Source: Macrostomum lignano
Taxonomy: Eukaryota
DNA: 64,000 nucleotides
Assembly: GCA_002269645.1 (NCBI GenBank)
Contig: NIVC01000882.1
Span: 248,001-312,000, forward strand
Direction of reading: 5' to 3'
Part shown: in pieces, positions 13,308 through 26,186 of the stretch
How the letters are laid out: each line of letters opens with the position of its first letter
Numbering within the stretch: position 1 is the first letter of the stretch
Program-made: the position numbers and the translations under genes
The notes under the pieces: generated by a model
Database searches by the model: none
What the model saw: the letters and a program-made list of their open reading frames with translations, nothing else
Told to the model about the DNA's origin: nothing

Positions 13308-13429
13308 CTGGCCAAATTCTGGGCGTTGCTGATGATGTGGCGAAACTAACTTGATTGGACCTTGAGTGATGTAGCTTCTCTGCTATTGGTTTACTGTTTA
13401 TGCCGGATATTACTGTCTGTAGCACTATT

Positions 13430-14260
13430 AGTGAGTCAGTCACTGATTGGCCCACCTGTGAGTCACTGATGGGGGGTCCAGTTGTGAATATTGGGGGGGC
13501 AGAGTGAGTCACTGATGGGGGGTCCAGTTGTGAATATTGGGGGGGGGCAGAGTGAGTCACTGATGGGGGGTCCAGTTGTGAATATTGGGGGGCAGAGTGA
13601 GTCACTGATTGGGGGTCCAGTTGTGAGTAGGGGGCAGAGTGAGTCACTGATGGGGTGTTCAGTTGTGAATATTGGGGGGGGCAGAGTGAGTCACTGATGG
13701 GGGTCCAGTTGTGAATATTGGGGGGGGGCAGAGTGAGTCACTGATTGGGGGTCCAGTTGTGAGTAAGGGGCAGAGTGAGTCACTGATGGGGTGTTCAGTT
13801 GTGAATATTGGGGGGGGGGGCAGAGTGAGTCACTGATGGGGGGTCCAGTTGTGAATATTGGGGGGGGGGCAGAGTGATTCACAGATGGGGGGTCCAGTTG
13901 TGAATATTGGGGGGGGGCAGAGTGAGTCACTGATGGGGGGTCCAGTTGTGAGTAGGGGGCAGAGTGAGTCACTGATGGGGGTCCAGTTGTGAGTAGGGGG
14001 GGGGGCAGTTTGAGTCACTGATGGGGGTCCAGTTGTGAGTAGGGGGGGCAGTTTGAGTCACTGATGGGGGTCCAGTTGTGAGTAGGGGGGGGGCAGTTTG
14101 AGTCACTGATGGGGGTCCAGTTGTGAGTAGGGGGGGGGCAGGGTGAGTCACTGATGGGGGTCCAGTTGTGAGTAGGGGGGGGGCAGTTTGAGTCACTGAT
14201 GGGGGTCCAGTTGTGAGTAGGGGGGGCAGAGAGTTGTGAGTAGGCAGAGTGAGTTACTGA
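13430..14260. repeat. G-run-rich minisatellite, about 43-48-bp unit (GAGTGAGTCACTGATGGGGGGTCCAGTTGTGAATATTGGGGGGGCA)
   Basis: Tandem units with two variable-length G tracts, starting about 120 nt after the PRKCSH stop. Confidence 0.95.
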
Positions 14261-14708
14261 AGGACTTTGCGCCCCCACTCTGCCTATCAGTGCCAATAGT
14301 GACAGGCTTTTCTGTTTAATTATTAATTTTTTCAGCCACTAATAATGCCTGGTGTTTTAGAACAAACTATTAATAGTACTTTCGTGCACACGCTTGCACT
14401 TGAGTGTGGTCAATTGCTGTTAACTTTTGTCAAACTTCTGTCTGTCACAATACCTTTTTCTACTATCCACTTTGTTAATTAAGTCAGTCGTGTTGGTTCA
14501 TTGTATTCTATTTATGACTGGGGGAATTCATAATGATATAGGTTTTATATCTTCAATAAAATCTACATTGCTAGGCTAGCTTCTATAAAACAGTTTGGCG
14601 TATTGTTTTGAGCTTTTAATAATTTTACTACAAGCTTAAGAATTGAAATGTTTTGATTGTTCATTCATAAGTTCAGGCATACCCTATGGAGAGTGGGAAT
14701 TCCAAACC

Positions 14709-14826
14709 CAGGGGTCGGCAAACTTCGGCCTACTCAAGGTTTGTGTCTCTTCTCAGCTCTTCTCTCTTCTTCCAAGAGCTAGAATTTTCATCTGGCCCTT
14801 GAGGTAAAAAAGATTTCAGACCCCTG
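14709..14826. mobile_element. Short Charlie-like hAT MITE
   Basis: Ends CAGGGGTCGGCAAACT / TTCAGACCCCTG. Contains ATCTGGCCCTTGAGGTAAAAAAG, the reverse complement of sequence in the 33224 element. Confidence 0.7.
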
Positions 14827-14918
14827 ATCTACTCTGAGTAGTTGAACACGATTTTTAGGCTATTAAATTAGAAATTACAAAAAATATATCGATTTTAATG
14901 CCTATTGTTGCAGTAATC

Positions 14919-17900
14919 ATGTCGTCGCCTAAAAGGCCTGTGGCTAATAAAGCTAATAAAAGTAGCTCCTGTACTCACGTTGACATGGTGCTGCTCAGTT
15001 GGGAGGAGATCAAGGCTAAACAGGTGAGTAACTTCTGTTACTCATCTGATATCTCTTGTTTGATTGTTTAAATACATTCAAAATAAATTTGAGTTTGTGT
15101 TTTTTTTCATTTTACAGCCAAAATGCGAGGACTGCGGCAAATTCTGCAAAGGCGCCTGCTGGCTGTGCCTGTTCCAGGACTGCGAATACGTGGGCTGCGG
15201 CTCCAGGCAGGCCGATCACAGCTCCAGGCATCAGGCGGGTGTTGCCTGGGGGCTGGCAAAGGGGCAATGGGGGGTTCGGGGCAGATTAGGAAGATGGGAT
15301 ATCAGGGGAGATTAGGAAGATGGGATATCAAGTGAGATTAGGAAGATATGATATTAGGGGAGATTAGGAAGATGAGATATCAGGTGAGATGTGGAAGATG
15401 GGATATCAGGAAAGATTAGGAAGATGGGATATCAGGGAAGATTAGGAAGATGGGATATCAGGGGAGATTAGGAAGATGGGATATCAGGGGAGATTAGGAA
15501 GATGGGATATCAAGTGAGATTAGGAAGATGGGATATCAAGTGAGATTAGGAAGATGGGATATCAGGTGAGATTAGGAAGATGGGATATCAGGGGAGATTA
15601 GGAAGATGGGATATCAAGTGAGATTAGGAAGATGGGATATCAGGGAAGATTAGGAAGATGGGATATCAGGTGAGATGTGGAAGATGGGATATCAGGGAAG
15701 ATTAGGAAGATAAGATATCAGGGGAGATTAGGAAGATGGGATATCAGGGGAGATTAGGAAGATGATATATCAGGTGAGATGTGGAAGATGGGATATCAGG
15801 GAAGATTAGGAAGATGGGATATCAGGGAAGATTAGGAAGATGGGATATCAAGTGAGATTAGGAAGATGGGATATCAGGGGAGATTAGGAAGATGGGATAT
15901 CAGGGGAGATTAGGAAGACGGGATATCAGGGGAGATTAGGAAGATGGGATATCAAGTGAGATTAGGAAGATGGGATATCAAGTGACATTAGGAAAATGGG
16001 ATATCAAGTGAGATTAGGAAGATGGGATATCAAGTGAGATTAGGAAGATGGGATATCAAGTGAAATTAGGAAGATGGGATATCAAGTGAGATTAGGAAGA
16101 TGGGATATCAAGTGAGATTAGGAAGATGGGATATCAAGTGAAATTAGGAAGATGGGATATCAAGTGAGATGTGGAAGATTGGATATCAAGTGAGATTAGG
16201 AAGATGGGATATCAAGTGAGATTAGTAAGATGGGATATCAAGTGAGATGTGGAAGATTGGATATCAAGTGAGATTAGGAAGATGGGATATCAAGTGAGAT
16301 TAGTAAGATGGGATATCAGGTGAGATTAGGAAGATGGGATATCAAGTGAGATTAGGAAGATGGGATATCAAGTGAGATTAGGAAGACGGGATATCAAGTG
16401 AGATTAGGAAGATGGGATATCAAGTGAGATTAGGAAGATGGGATATCAAGTGAGATTAGGAAGATGGGATATCAGGTGTGATTAGGAAGATGGGATATCA
16501 GGTGAGATTAGGAAGATGGGATATCAGGTGAGATTAGGAAGATGGGATATCAGGTGAGATTAGGAAGATGGGATATCAGGTGAGATTAGGAAGATAGGAT
16601 ATCAAGTGAGATTATGAAGATGGGATATCAAGTGAGATTAGGAAGATGGGATATCAGGGGAGATTAGGAAGATGGGATATCAGGGGAGATTAGGAAGATG
16701 GGATTTCAGGGGAGATTAGGAAAATGGGATATCAAGTGACATTAGGAAAATGGGATATCAGGTGAGATTAGGAAAATGGGATATCAGGTGAGATTAGGAA
16801 GATGTGATATCAGGGGAGATTAGGAAGATGGGATATCAAGTGAGATTAGGAAGATGGGATATCAGGGAAGATTAGGAAGATGGGATATCAGGTGAGATTA
16901 GGAAGATGGGATATCAGGTGAGATTAGGAAGACGGGATATCAGGGGAGATTAGGAAGATGGGATATCAAGTGAGATTAGGAAGATGGGATATCAAGTGAC
17001 ATTAGGAAAATGGGATATCAAGTGAGATTAGGAAGATGGGATATCAGGTGAGATTAGGAAGATGGGATATCAGGGGAGATTAGGAAGATGGGATATTAGG
17101 TGAGATTAGGAAGATGGGATATCAGGTGAGATTAGGAAGATGGGATATCAGGTGAGATTAGGAAGATGGGATATCAAGTGAGATTAGGAAGATGGGATAT
17201 CAAGTGAGATTAGGAAGATGGGATATCAGGTGAGATTAGGAAGATGGGATATCAGGGAAGATTAGGAAGATGATATATCAAGTGAGATTAGGAAGATGGG
17301 ATATCAGGTGAGATTAGGAAGATGGGATATCAGGGGAGATTAGGAAGATGGGATATCAAGTGAGATTAGGAAGACGGGATATCAGGTGAGATTAGGAAGA
17401 TGGGATATCAGGTGAGATTAGGAAGATGGGATATCAGGGGAGATTAGGAAGATGAGATATCAGGTGAGATGTGGAAGATGGGATATCAGGTGAGATGTGG
17501 AAGATGGGATATCAGGGAAGATTAGGAAGATAAGATATCAGGGGAGATTAGGAAGATGGGATATCAGGGGAGATTAGGAAGATGATATATCAGGTGAGAT
17601 GTGGAAGATGGGATATCAGGGAAGATTAGGAAGATGGGATATCAGGGAAGATTAGGAAGATGGGATATCAAGTGAGATTAGGAAGATGGGATATCAGGGA
17701 AGATTAGGAAGATGGGATATCAGGGGAGATTAGGAAGACGGGATATCAGGGGAGATTAGGAAGATGGGATATCAAGTGAGATTAGGAAGATGGGATATCA
17801 AGTGACATTAGGAAAATGGGATATCAAGTGAGATTAGGAAGATGGGATATCAAGTGAGATTAGGAAGATGGGATATCAAGTGAAATTAGGAAGATGGGAT

Positions 17901-20900
17901 ATCAAGTGAGATTAGGAAGATGGGATATCAAGTGAGATTAGGAAGATGGGATATCAAGTGAAATTAGGAAGATGGGATATCAAGTGAGATGTGGAAGATT
18001 GGATATCAAGTGAGATTAGGAAGATGGGATATCAAGTGAGATTAGTAAGATGGGATATCAAGTGAGATGTGGAAGATGGGATATCAAGTGAGATTAGGAA
18101 GATGGGATATCAAGTGAGATTAGGAAGATAGGATATCAAGTGAGATTAGTAAGATGGGATATCAAGTGAGATGTGGAAGATGGGATATCAAGTGAGATTA
18201 GGAAGATGGGATATCAAGTGAGATTAGGAAGATAGGATATCAAGTGAGATTAGTAAGATGGGATATCAAGTGAGATTAGGAAGATGGGATATCAAGTGAG
18301 ATTAGGAAGATGGGATATCAAGTGAGATTAGGAAGACGGGATATCAGGTGAGATTAGGAAGATGGGATATCAGGTGAGATTAGGAAGATGGGATATCAAG
18401 TGAGATTAGGAAGATGGGATATCAAGTGAGATTAGGAAGATGGGATATCAAGTGAGATTAGGAAGATGGGATATCAAGTGAGATTAGGAAGATGGGATAT
18501 CAGGTGAGATTAGGAAGATGGGATATCAGGGAAGATTAGGAAGATGATATATCAAGTGAGATTAGGAAGATGGGATATCAGGTGAGATTAGGAAGATGGG
18601 ATATCAGGGGAGATTAGGAAGATGGGATATCAAGTGAGATTAGGAAGACGGGATATCAGGTGAGATTAGGAAGATGGGATATCAGGTGAGATTAGGAAGA
18701 TGGGATATCAGGGGAGATTAGGAAGATGAGATATCAGGTGAGATGTGGAAGATGGGATATCAGGTGAGATGTGGAAGATGGGATATCAGGGAAGATTAGG
18801 AAGATAAGATATCAGGGGAGATTAGGAAGATGGGATATCAGGGGAGATTAGGAAGATGATATATCAGGTGAGATGTGGAAGATGGGATATCAGGGAAGAT
18901 TAGGAAGATGGGATATCAGGGAAGATTAGGAAGATGGGATATCAAGTGAGATTAGGAAGATGGGATATCAGGGAAGATTAGGAAGATGGGATATCAGGGG
19001 AGATTAGGAAGACGGGATATCAGGGGAGATTAGGAAGATGGGATATCAAGTGAGATTAGGAAGATGGGATATCAAGTGACATTAGGAAAATGGGATATCA
19101 AGTGAGATTAGGAAGATGGGATATCAAGTGAGATTAGGAAGATGGGATATCAAGTGAAATTAGGAAGATGGGATATCAAGTGAGATTAGGAAGATGGGAT
19201 ATCAAGTGAGATTAGGAAGATGGGATATCAAGTGAAATTAGGAAGATGGGATATCAAGTGAGATGTGGAAGATTGGATATCAAGTGAGATTAGGAAGATG
19301 GGATATCAAGTGAGATTAGTAAGATGGGATATCAAGTGAGATGTGGAAGATGGGATATCAAGTGAGATTAGGAAGATGGGATATCAAGTGAGATTAGGAA
19401 GATAGGATATCAAGTGAGATTAGTAAGATGGGATATCAAGTGAGATGTGGAAGATGGGATATCAAGTGAGATTAGGAAGATGGGATATCAAGTGAGATTA
19501 GGAAGATAGGATATCAAGTGAGATTAGTAAGATGGGATATCAAGTGAGATTAGGAAGATGGGATATCAAGTGAGATTAGGAAGATGGGATATCAAGTGAG
19601 ATTAGGAAGACGGGATATCAGGTGAGATTAGGAAGATGGGATATCAGGTGAGATTAGGAAGATGGGATATCAAGTGAGATTAGGAAGATGGGATATCAAG
19701 TGAGATTAGGAAGATGGGATATCAAGTGAGATTAGGAAGATGGGATATCAAGTGAGATTAGGAAGATGGGATATCAGGTGTGATTAGGAAGATGGGATAT
19801 CAGGTGAGATTAGGAAGATGGGATATCAGGTGAGATTAGGAAGATGGGATATCAGGTGAGATTAGGAAGATGGGATATCAGGTGAGATTAGGAAGATAGG
19901 ATATCAAGTGAGATTATGAAGATGGGATATCAAGTGAGATTAGGAAGATGGGATATCAGGGGAGATTAGGAAGATGGGATATCAGGGGAGATTAGGAAGA
20001 TGGGATTTCAGGGGAGATTAGGAAAATGGGATATCAAGTGACATTAGGAAAATGGGATATCAGGTGAGATTAGGAAAATGGGATATCAGGTGAGATTAGG
20101 AAGATGGGATATCAGGGGAGATTAGGAAGATGGGATATCAAGTGAGATTAGGAAGATGGGATATCAGGGAAGATTAGGAAGATGGGATATCAGGTGAGAT
20201 TAGGAAGATGGGATATCAGGTGAGATTAGGAAGACGGGATATCAGGGGAGATTAGGAAGATGGGATATCAAGTGAGATTAGGAAGATGGGATATCAAGTG
20301 ACATTAGGAAAATGGGATATCAAGTGAGATTAGGAAGATGGGATATCAAGTGAGATTAGGAAGATGGGATATCAAGTGAGATTAGGAAGATGGGATATCA
20401 AGTGAGATTAGGAAGATGGGATATCAGGGGAGATTAGGAAGATGGGATATCAGGGGAGATTAGGAAGATGAAACATCGCTAACAAAGGCTCATCCGTATT
20501 CCGTGTGCAGACGGAAGAAGGCCACCCGCTGTGCATTAACCTGCGCAACAAGCGGTTCTGGTGCAGCAAATGCAAATGTGAAGTATTCGAGCATGGCAAC
20601 ACGCCGCAGTTTGTGCTGCGCAAATTTGCCGCCGGTTTCGAGAACTCGCAGCGGGGCCGGCCGGCGGCGGCGGAGAGCAGCTCGGATGAGGAGGCTGAGC
20701 CGGAGAGCCTGGGCCTCACTGGCCTGCGCAACCTGGGCAACACCTGCTACATGAATGCGGCTGTTCAGGCGCTGTCGCACTGTCGCCAGCTCACCCGGTT
20801 CTTTCTGGACTGTCCGGGCCTGGCCAGACCCGGCCGATTCGCCGCCAGGAGCCTTGGGACGCCGCTGTGCTCAGCCTACGCCGGCCTACTGGCCGATCTG

Positions 20901-23900
20901 TGGTCGCCGCAGCGACACTCGGCCGTGACGCCCCATCTGCTGCTGCAGTCCATGCGACAGGCGCATCCGGCATTCCGCAGCTGGGCCCAGCAGGACACAC
21001 AAGAGTTTCTGCGCTGCTTCATGGACCAGCTGCACGAGGAGTTAAAACGGCCCTTGCTGCTGCCGCCTGTCGGCGAGGAGGACGACGACGGAGGAGGCAA
21101 CAGCGGCAATGGCGGCGGCGGCGATGTCAACTCCGACGGTGGCGCATCGGCTGGCGTTGCTGACGGTGCGGACTCGACCGCTGCTGGGGCGGCGTTGGCG
21201 CCGGGCTCAGCGGCGCCGATGGCGGCCTCTCCTTCGGCGAACTCTCTGGTGTCGTCGACTGAAGCGTCGGCATCGGCAGGCGGAGCAGCGACGACGGTTG
21301 AAGACTGCGGGAACGCCGATCAGGGCTCTGTCGGGCCAGGCGAAGGCGCTGTTAAACGAAGGTGAGTTTAACCGCAACACACTACTGCCGCTGTCAGTAA
21401 CAAGTAAGCAATGCGCATTTTGTCATTTATATTTGATTAACTAATGACAGTTGAAATCTCTTTTTCACAGCCGAATCCGCAGGTTTAATAGCATCATCTC
21501 CGACATATTCAACGGCAGTCTGGTGTCAACCGTTCAATGCAACTCTTGCGAGAGTCTGTCGTCAACGCTTGAAGTCTTTCAAGACTTGTCGCTGCCAATT
21601 CCCGTGGCTGAGCAGTTGGCCGCCAGGCAGAGAAGATCCAGCAGTGGCGGCGGCAGCAGCGTCAGCAGCAACAGCAGCTTCTGGTGGTTGACCTCGTTTC
21701 TGACCTGGCCACTGTCCTGGATGCGTGACTACTTTGTTAGGCCGCAAGTGAGCCTGCAGGACTGCCTAGACGCTTTCTTCTCCAACGACGATCTAAAGGT
21801 GAGTGTCGGTGAGTGTTAGGGAGTCGGCTTTTATGTCGGTTCAGAAATTTATATTGGTTTCGAATCAGAAAGTGACATAGGTGTCGGTTCGGATATCGAC
21901 ATAGGTGTCGGTTCGGATATCGACATAGGTGTCGGTTCGGATATCGACATAGGTGTCGGTTCGGATATCGACATAGGTGTCGGTTCGGATATCGACATAG
22001 GTGTCGGTTCGGATATCGACATAGGTGTCGGTTCGGATATCGACATAGGTGTCGGTTCGGATATCGACATAGGTGTCGGTTCGGATATCGACATAGGTGT
22101 CGGTTCGGATATCGACATAGGTGTCGGTTCGGATATCGACATAGGTGTCGGTTCGGATATCGACATAGGTGTCAGTTCGGATATCGACATAGGTGTCGGT
22201 TCGGATATCGACATAGGTGTCCGTTCGGAAAGCGACAGCTCGGGGAGTGTGTTCTGCTGTCGGGCTGAGTGTCGGTACTGCCACGCCCGCAGGGAGACAA
22301 CATGTACCACTGCGCCAAGTGCGGCAAACTGCGAAACGGCATCAAATACTCGCGCATCAGCCGGCTGCCGGAGATGCTGACTGTTCATCTCAAACGGTTC
22401 AGGCACGACTTTGCCTACTCGAGCAAAATCCACTCACACGTGGCCTTCCCAGTTGACGAGCTGGATATGAAGCCCTATTTGCACAGGGACTGTCGGGCCG
22501 CTCAGACTGTCTATGACCTGACTGCCGTTGTGTGCCATCACGGCTCGACAAGCGGCGGGCACTACACCGCGTTCGCGCTCAACTACGCCGGCATGCAGTG
22601 GTACGAGTTCGACGACGCCCGAGTCAGGCCCGTTGATGTCAGCGCTGTGGAGTGCGCGCAGGCCTACGTGCTGTTTTATAGGTTGGTGACGAATTCCGTT
22701 TGGTGGTTATGCCACTTGATGCGGTCGAAATGTGTTTGGAAATTGCGTCACATCTGTAGATGTGCTTTGAATGTGTCTTGCAGATCGTCACGAATGTGTC
22801 AGAAATGTGTCCGTTGGTTTGCAAGAATTGTGTCCACTAGTGTGTCAGAAATGTGCCTAGTGAATGTGTCAGAATTATTTCCGGTGGATGTGTCAGAAAT
22901 GCGTCCGGTGGATGTGTCGGAAATGTGTCAGAAATGTGTCAGAAATTTTTCAGGTGGATGTGTCAGAAATGTGTCGGGTGGATCATGTGTCAGGTGGATG
23001 TATCAGAAATGTGTCAGGTAGTGTGTCAGAAATGTGTAAAATGTGTCAGGTAGTGTTTCAGCACTAATAACTCGCCCCCATCGCTCCAACTCCGCGCTGT
23101 CCATCTCTGCCAGAAAGCGTGACGAATGGATGCAGCCAATGCGAGTGAAAGTTAGCGAAATCATGGAGACGGAGGGGGTGAGTAGCGACTGTTGTTATTG
23201 TTGGAACAAATTCGTAAAGTTCCAGTAGTTAGTTTGCATTTCCGCACTATTGCGATTCCTGAAGTTTAGCATTGCCCCGATCATTACAATTCATAGCTTT
23301 TGTTACATTCCCGAAATGTTACATTCTTCCTTAAAAATCACATTCCTTAGAGTGTGCATTCCTTGGAGATTACATTCCCTAGAGATTACATTCCCTAGAG
23401 ATTACATTCCCTAGAAATTACATTCCCTAAGAGATTACATTCCCTAGAGATTAGATTCCCTATAGTTTACATTTAATACATTCCCTAAGAGATTACATTC
23501 CCTAAGAGATTACATTCCCTAAGAGATTACATTCCCTAAGAGATTACATTCCTTATAGTTTACATTCCCTAAGAGATTACATTCCCTAGAGATTACATTC
23601 CCTAAGAGATTACATTCCCAAAGAGATTACATTCCCTAAGAGATTACATTCCCTAGAGATTACATTCCTTATAGTTTACATTCCCTAAGAGATTACATTC
23701 CCTAAGAGATTACATTCCCTAGAGATTACATTCCTTATAGTTTACATTCCCTAAGAGATTACATTCCCTTGAGATTACATTCCCTAGAGATTACATTGCC
23801 TAGAGATTAAATTCCTAGAATATTACATAATTTCCATCCCCTAGGCTAAATTTTTCAGGAATCCTACACAGAATCGCATTCTTACCAAAGCATTACTCAA

Positions 23901-25834
23901 TGAATTTTACATTCCAAGAATGCTCCACCCCCTCCCCGGCCGCAGGACTCGTCCAGCCTCATGCCATTCTACATCTCCCGGTCTTGGCTAAACAAATTCA
24001 ACACATTCGGCGATCCCGGCCCAATTAGCAACGAAGACTTCCTGTGCCCGCACCACCTGCTGTCGCCGCACGTGGCCGACTATCCCGAAGACGTGGTGAT
24101 GCGCCTCCCCTACCGCGCCTGGGACATCCTCATGACCGAGTTCGGCGGCGGGCCCACAGTCAACAGGCTCGGCCCGTGCCCGGAGTGCGCCGGCGACTTG
24201 GAGCGAACCCGCGACCGCGCCCGCCAGGAGCTGGCCACACTGACCAGGGAGCTGCAGCATTTCCAGCGGGCAGCCGGGCCTGGGCCGCTGTACTGCATCA
24301 GCATGCGCTGGTTCCGCAAGTGGGAGAGCTTCGCTACTGAGAAACAGCTGGAGCCGCCTGGGCCCATTGATAACAGCGGCATTGTGCTGCGCAGGGGCAA
24401 CCGCCTCCTGCCTAGGGCTAACAGCGACTGTGCTCAGGTCTGCCTGCGGCACTTCCTCTCTGCCTCTGATTCTGGGTCTCTACCCTCCCTGATACTCCAG
24501 TGGGTCTCTACCCTCCCTGATTCTCCAGCGGGTCTCTACCCTCCTGATTCTTTAGCGGGTCTCTACCCCCTTCCCCCGATTCTTTAGCGGGTCTCTACCC
24601 CCTTCCCCCGATTCTTCAGCGGGTCTCTACCCCCTTCCCCCGATTCTTTAGCGGGTCTCTACCCCCTTCCCCGATTCTTTAGCGGGTCTCTACCCCCTTC
24701 CCCGATTCTTTAGCGGGTCTCTACCCCCTTCCCCCGATTCTTCAGCGGGTCTCTACCCCCTTCCCCCGATTCTTCAGCGGGTCTCTACCCCCTTCCCCCG
24801 ATTCTTCAGCGGGTCTCTACCCTCCCTGATTCTCCAGCGGGTCTCTACCCTCCCTGATTCTCCAGCGGGTCTCTACCCTCCCTGATTCTCCAGCAGGTCT
24901 CTACCCTCCCTGATTCTCCAGCGGGTCTCTACCCTCCCTGATTCTCCAGCGGGTCTCTACCCTCCCTGATTCTCCAGCGGGTCTCTACCCTCCCTGATTC
25001 TCCAGCAGGTCTCTACCCTCCCTGATTCTCCAGCGGGTCTCTACCCTCCCTGATCCTCCAGCGGGTCTCTACCCTCCCTGATCCTCCAGCGGGTCTCTAC
25101 CCTGATCCTCCAGTGGGTCTCTACCCACCTGATTCTTTTGCGGGTCTCTACCCCCTTCCCCCGATTCTTTAGCGGGTCTCTACCCCCTTCCCCCGATTCT
25201 TTAGCGGGTCTCTACCCCCTTCCCCCGATTCTTCAGCGGGTCTCTACCCCCTTTCCCCGATTCTTTAGCGGGTCTCTACCCCCTTCCTTCGATTCTTTAG
25301 CGGGTCTCTACCCCCTTCCCCCGATTCTTCAGCGGGTCTCTACCCCCTTACCCCGATTCTTCATCGGGTCTCTACCCCCTTCCCCCGATTCTTCATCGGG
25401 TCTCTACCCCCTTCCCCCGATTCTTCAGTGGGTCTCTACCCCCTTCCCCCGATTCTCCAGCGGGTCTCTACCCTCCCTGATTCTCCAGCGGGTCTCTACC
25501 CTCCCTGATCCTCCAGCGGGTCTCTACCCTCCCTGATCCTCCAGCGGGTCTCTACCCTCCCTGATCCTCCAGCGGGTCTCTACCCACCTGATTCTTTTGC
25601 GGGTCTCTACCCCCTTCCCCCGATTCTTCAGCGGGTCTCTACCCTCCCTGATTCTCCAGTGGGTCTCTACCCTCCTCCCTATTTAACGAACCCCCTTCAC
25701 CCTCAAAATGATTGTAATTATAATCACACTGCTCCTGCAGGTGTCCGGCCGCATGTGGCGCTATTTTCTCTCAATCTATGGCGGCGGTCCCGAAGTGAAG
25801 ATTGAAGGCTCCTCCAGTCAGCAGCGACGCAGCA

Positions 25835-25865
<31 letters not shown>

Positions 25866-25992
25866 AGCCAGCAACGGAGGCAGCGTAAGCGGCGGCAACG
25901 ATGAAAGCCGCTGCAGCGGGAACGAAAGCGAGACAGGCCGCGGCACCGATGCCAGCGCCAGAGCTGCGGCGCTTGACGCGGACAAAGATTGA
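14919..25992 (+). CDS. USP20: Ubiquitin carboxyl-terminal hydrolase USP20/USP33-like, about 865 aa; exons 14919-15023, 15118-15234, 20511-21361, 21471-21798, 22293-22681, 23114-23177, 23946-24437, 25741-25992
   Basis: ZnF-UBP domain, Cys box GLRNLGNTCYMNAAVQAL, QQDTQEFLRCFMDQLHEEL, His box HHGSTSGGHYTAFA, WYEFDD, and two DUSP domains (FYISRSWLNKF...PGPISNEDFLCPH; YCISMRWFRKWESF...PGPIDNS...YGGGP). The exons sum to 2598 nt with a continuous frame, using a GC donor at 15235. USP20 versus USP33 orthology cannot be resolved from sequence alone. Confidence 0.94.
15290..20470. repeat. Satellite, 26-bp unit GATTAGGAAGATGGGATATCA(A/G)G(T/G)GA (USP20 intron 2)
   Basis: About 5.2 kb, about 200 copies, with internal higher-order duplications. 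Confidence 0.98.
21860..22230. repeat. Minisatellite, 24-bp unit TCGGATATCGACATAGGTGTCGGT (USP20 intron 4)
   Basis: About 15 near-identical CpG-rich copies. Confidence 0.97.
22780..23060. repeat. Degenerate tandem repeat built on GTGTCAGAAATGTGT (USP20 intron 5)
   Basis: Recurrent GTGTCAGAAAT and GGTGGATGT motifs with irregular spacing. Confidence 0.8.
23340..23830. repeat. Minisatellite, 16-17-bp unit GAGATTACATTCCCTAA (USP20 intron 6)
   Basis: Tandem copies are directly visible. Confidence 0.95.
24468..25678. repeat. C-rich minisatellite, 29/32-bp units GGGTCTCTACCC(CCTTC)CCCGATTCTTCAGC (USP20 intron 7)
   Basis: Alternating blocks of a 32-bp and a 29-bp variant. Confidence 0.96.
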
Positions 25993-26186
25993 AACTTCGA
26001 TTATTAAATATTCGGTAATTATTATTTCCTTACTCTTCGTACACTGTTGTAGTTTGCACAGAGGAAACGTTCGTTTTAAATTTATCATTTTCAGATTTCT
26101 TTCAAACCTGACATTGAGCGCATTTTTAATGTTCAGTTTTTGTTGTTGAGTTTTGTTTATCTATAAACACTTTGATGTATGCTTGC

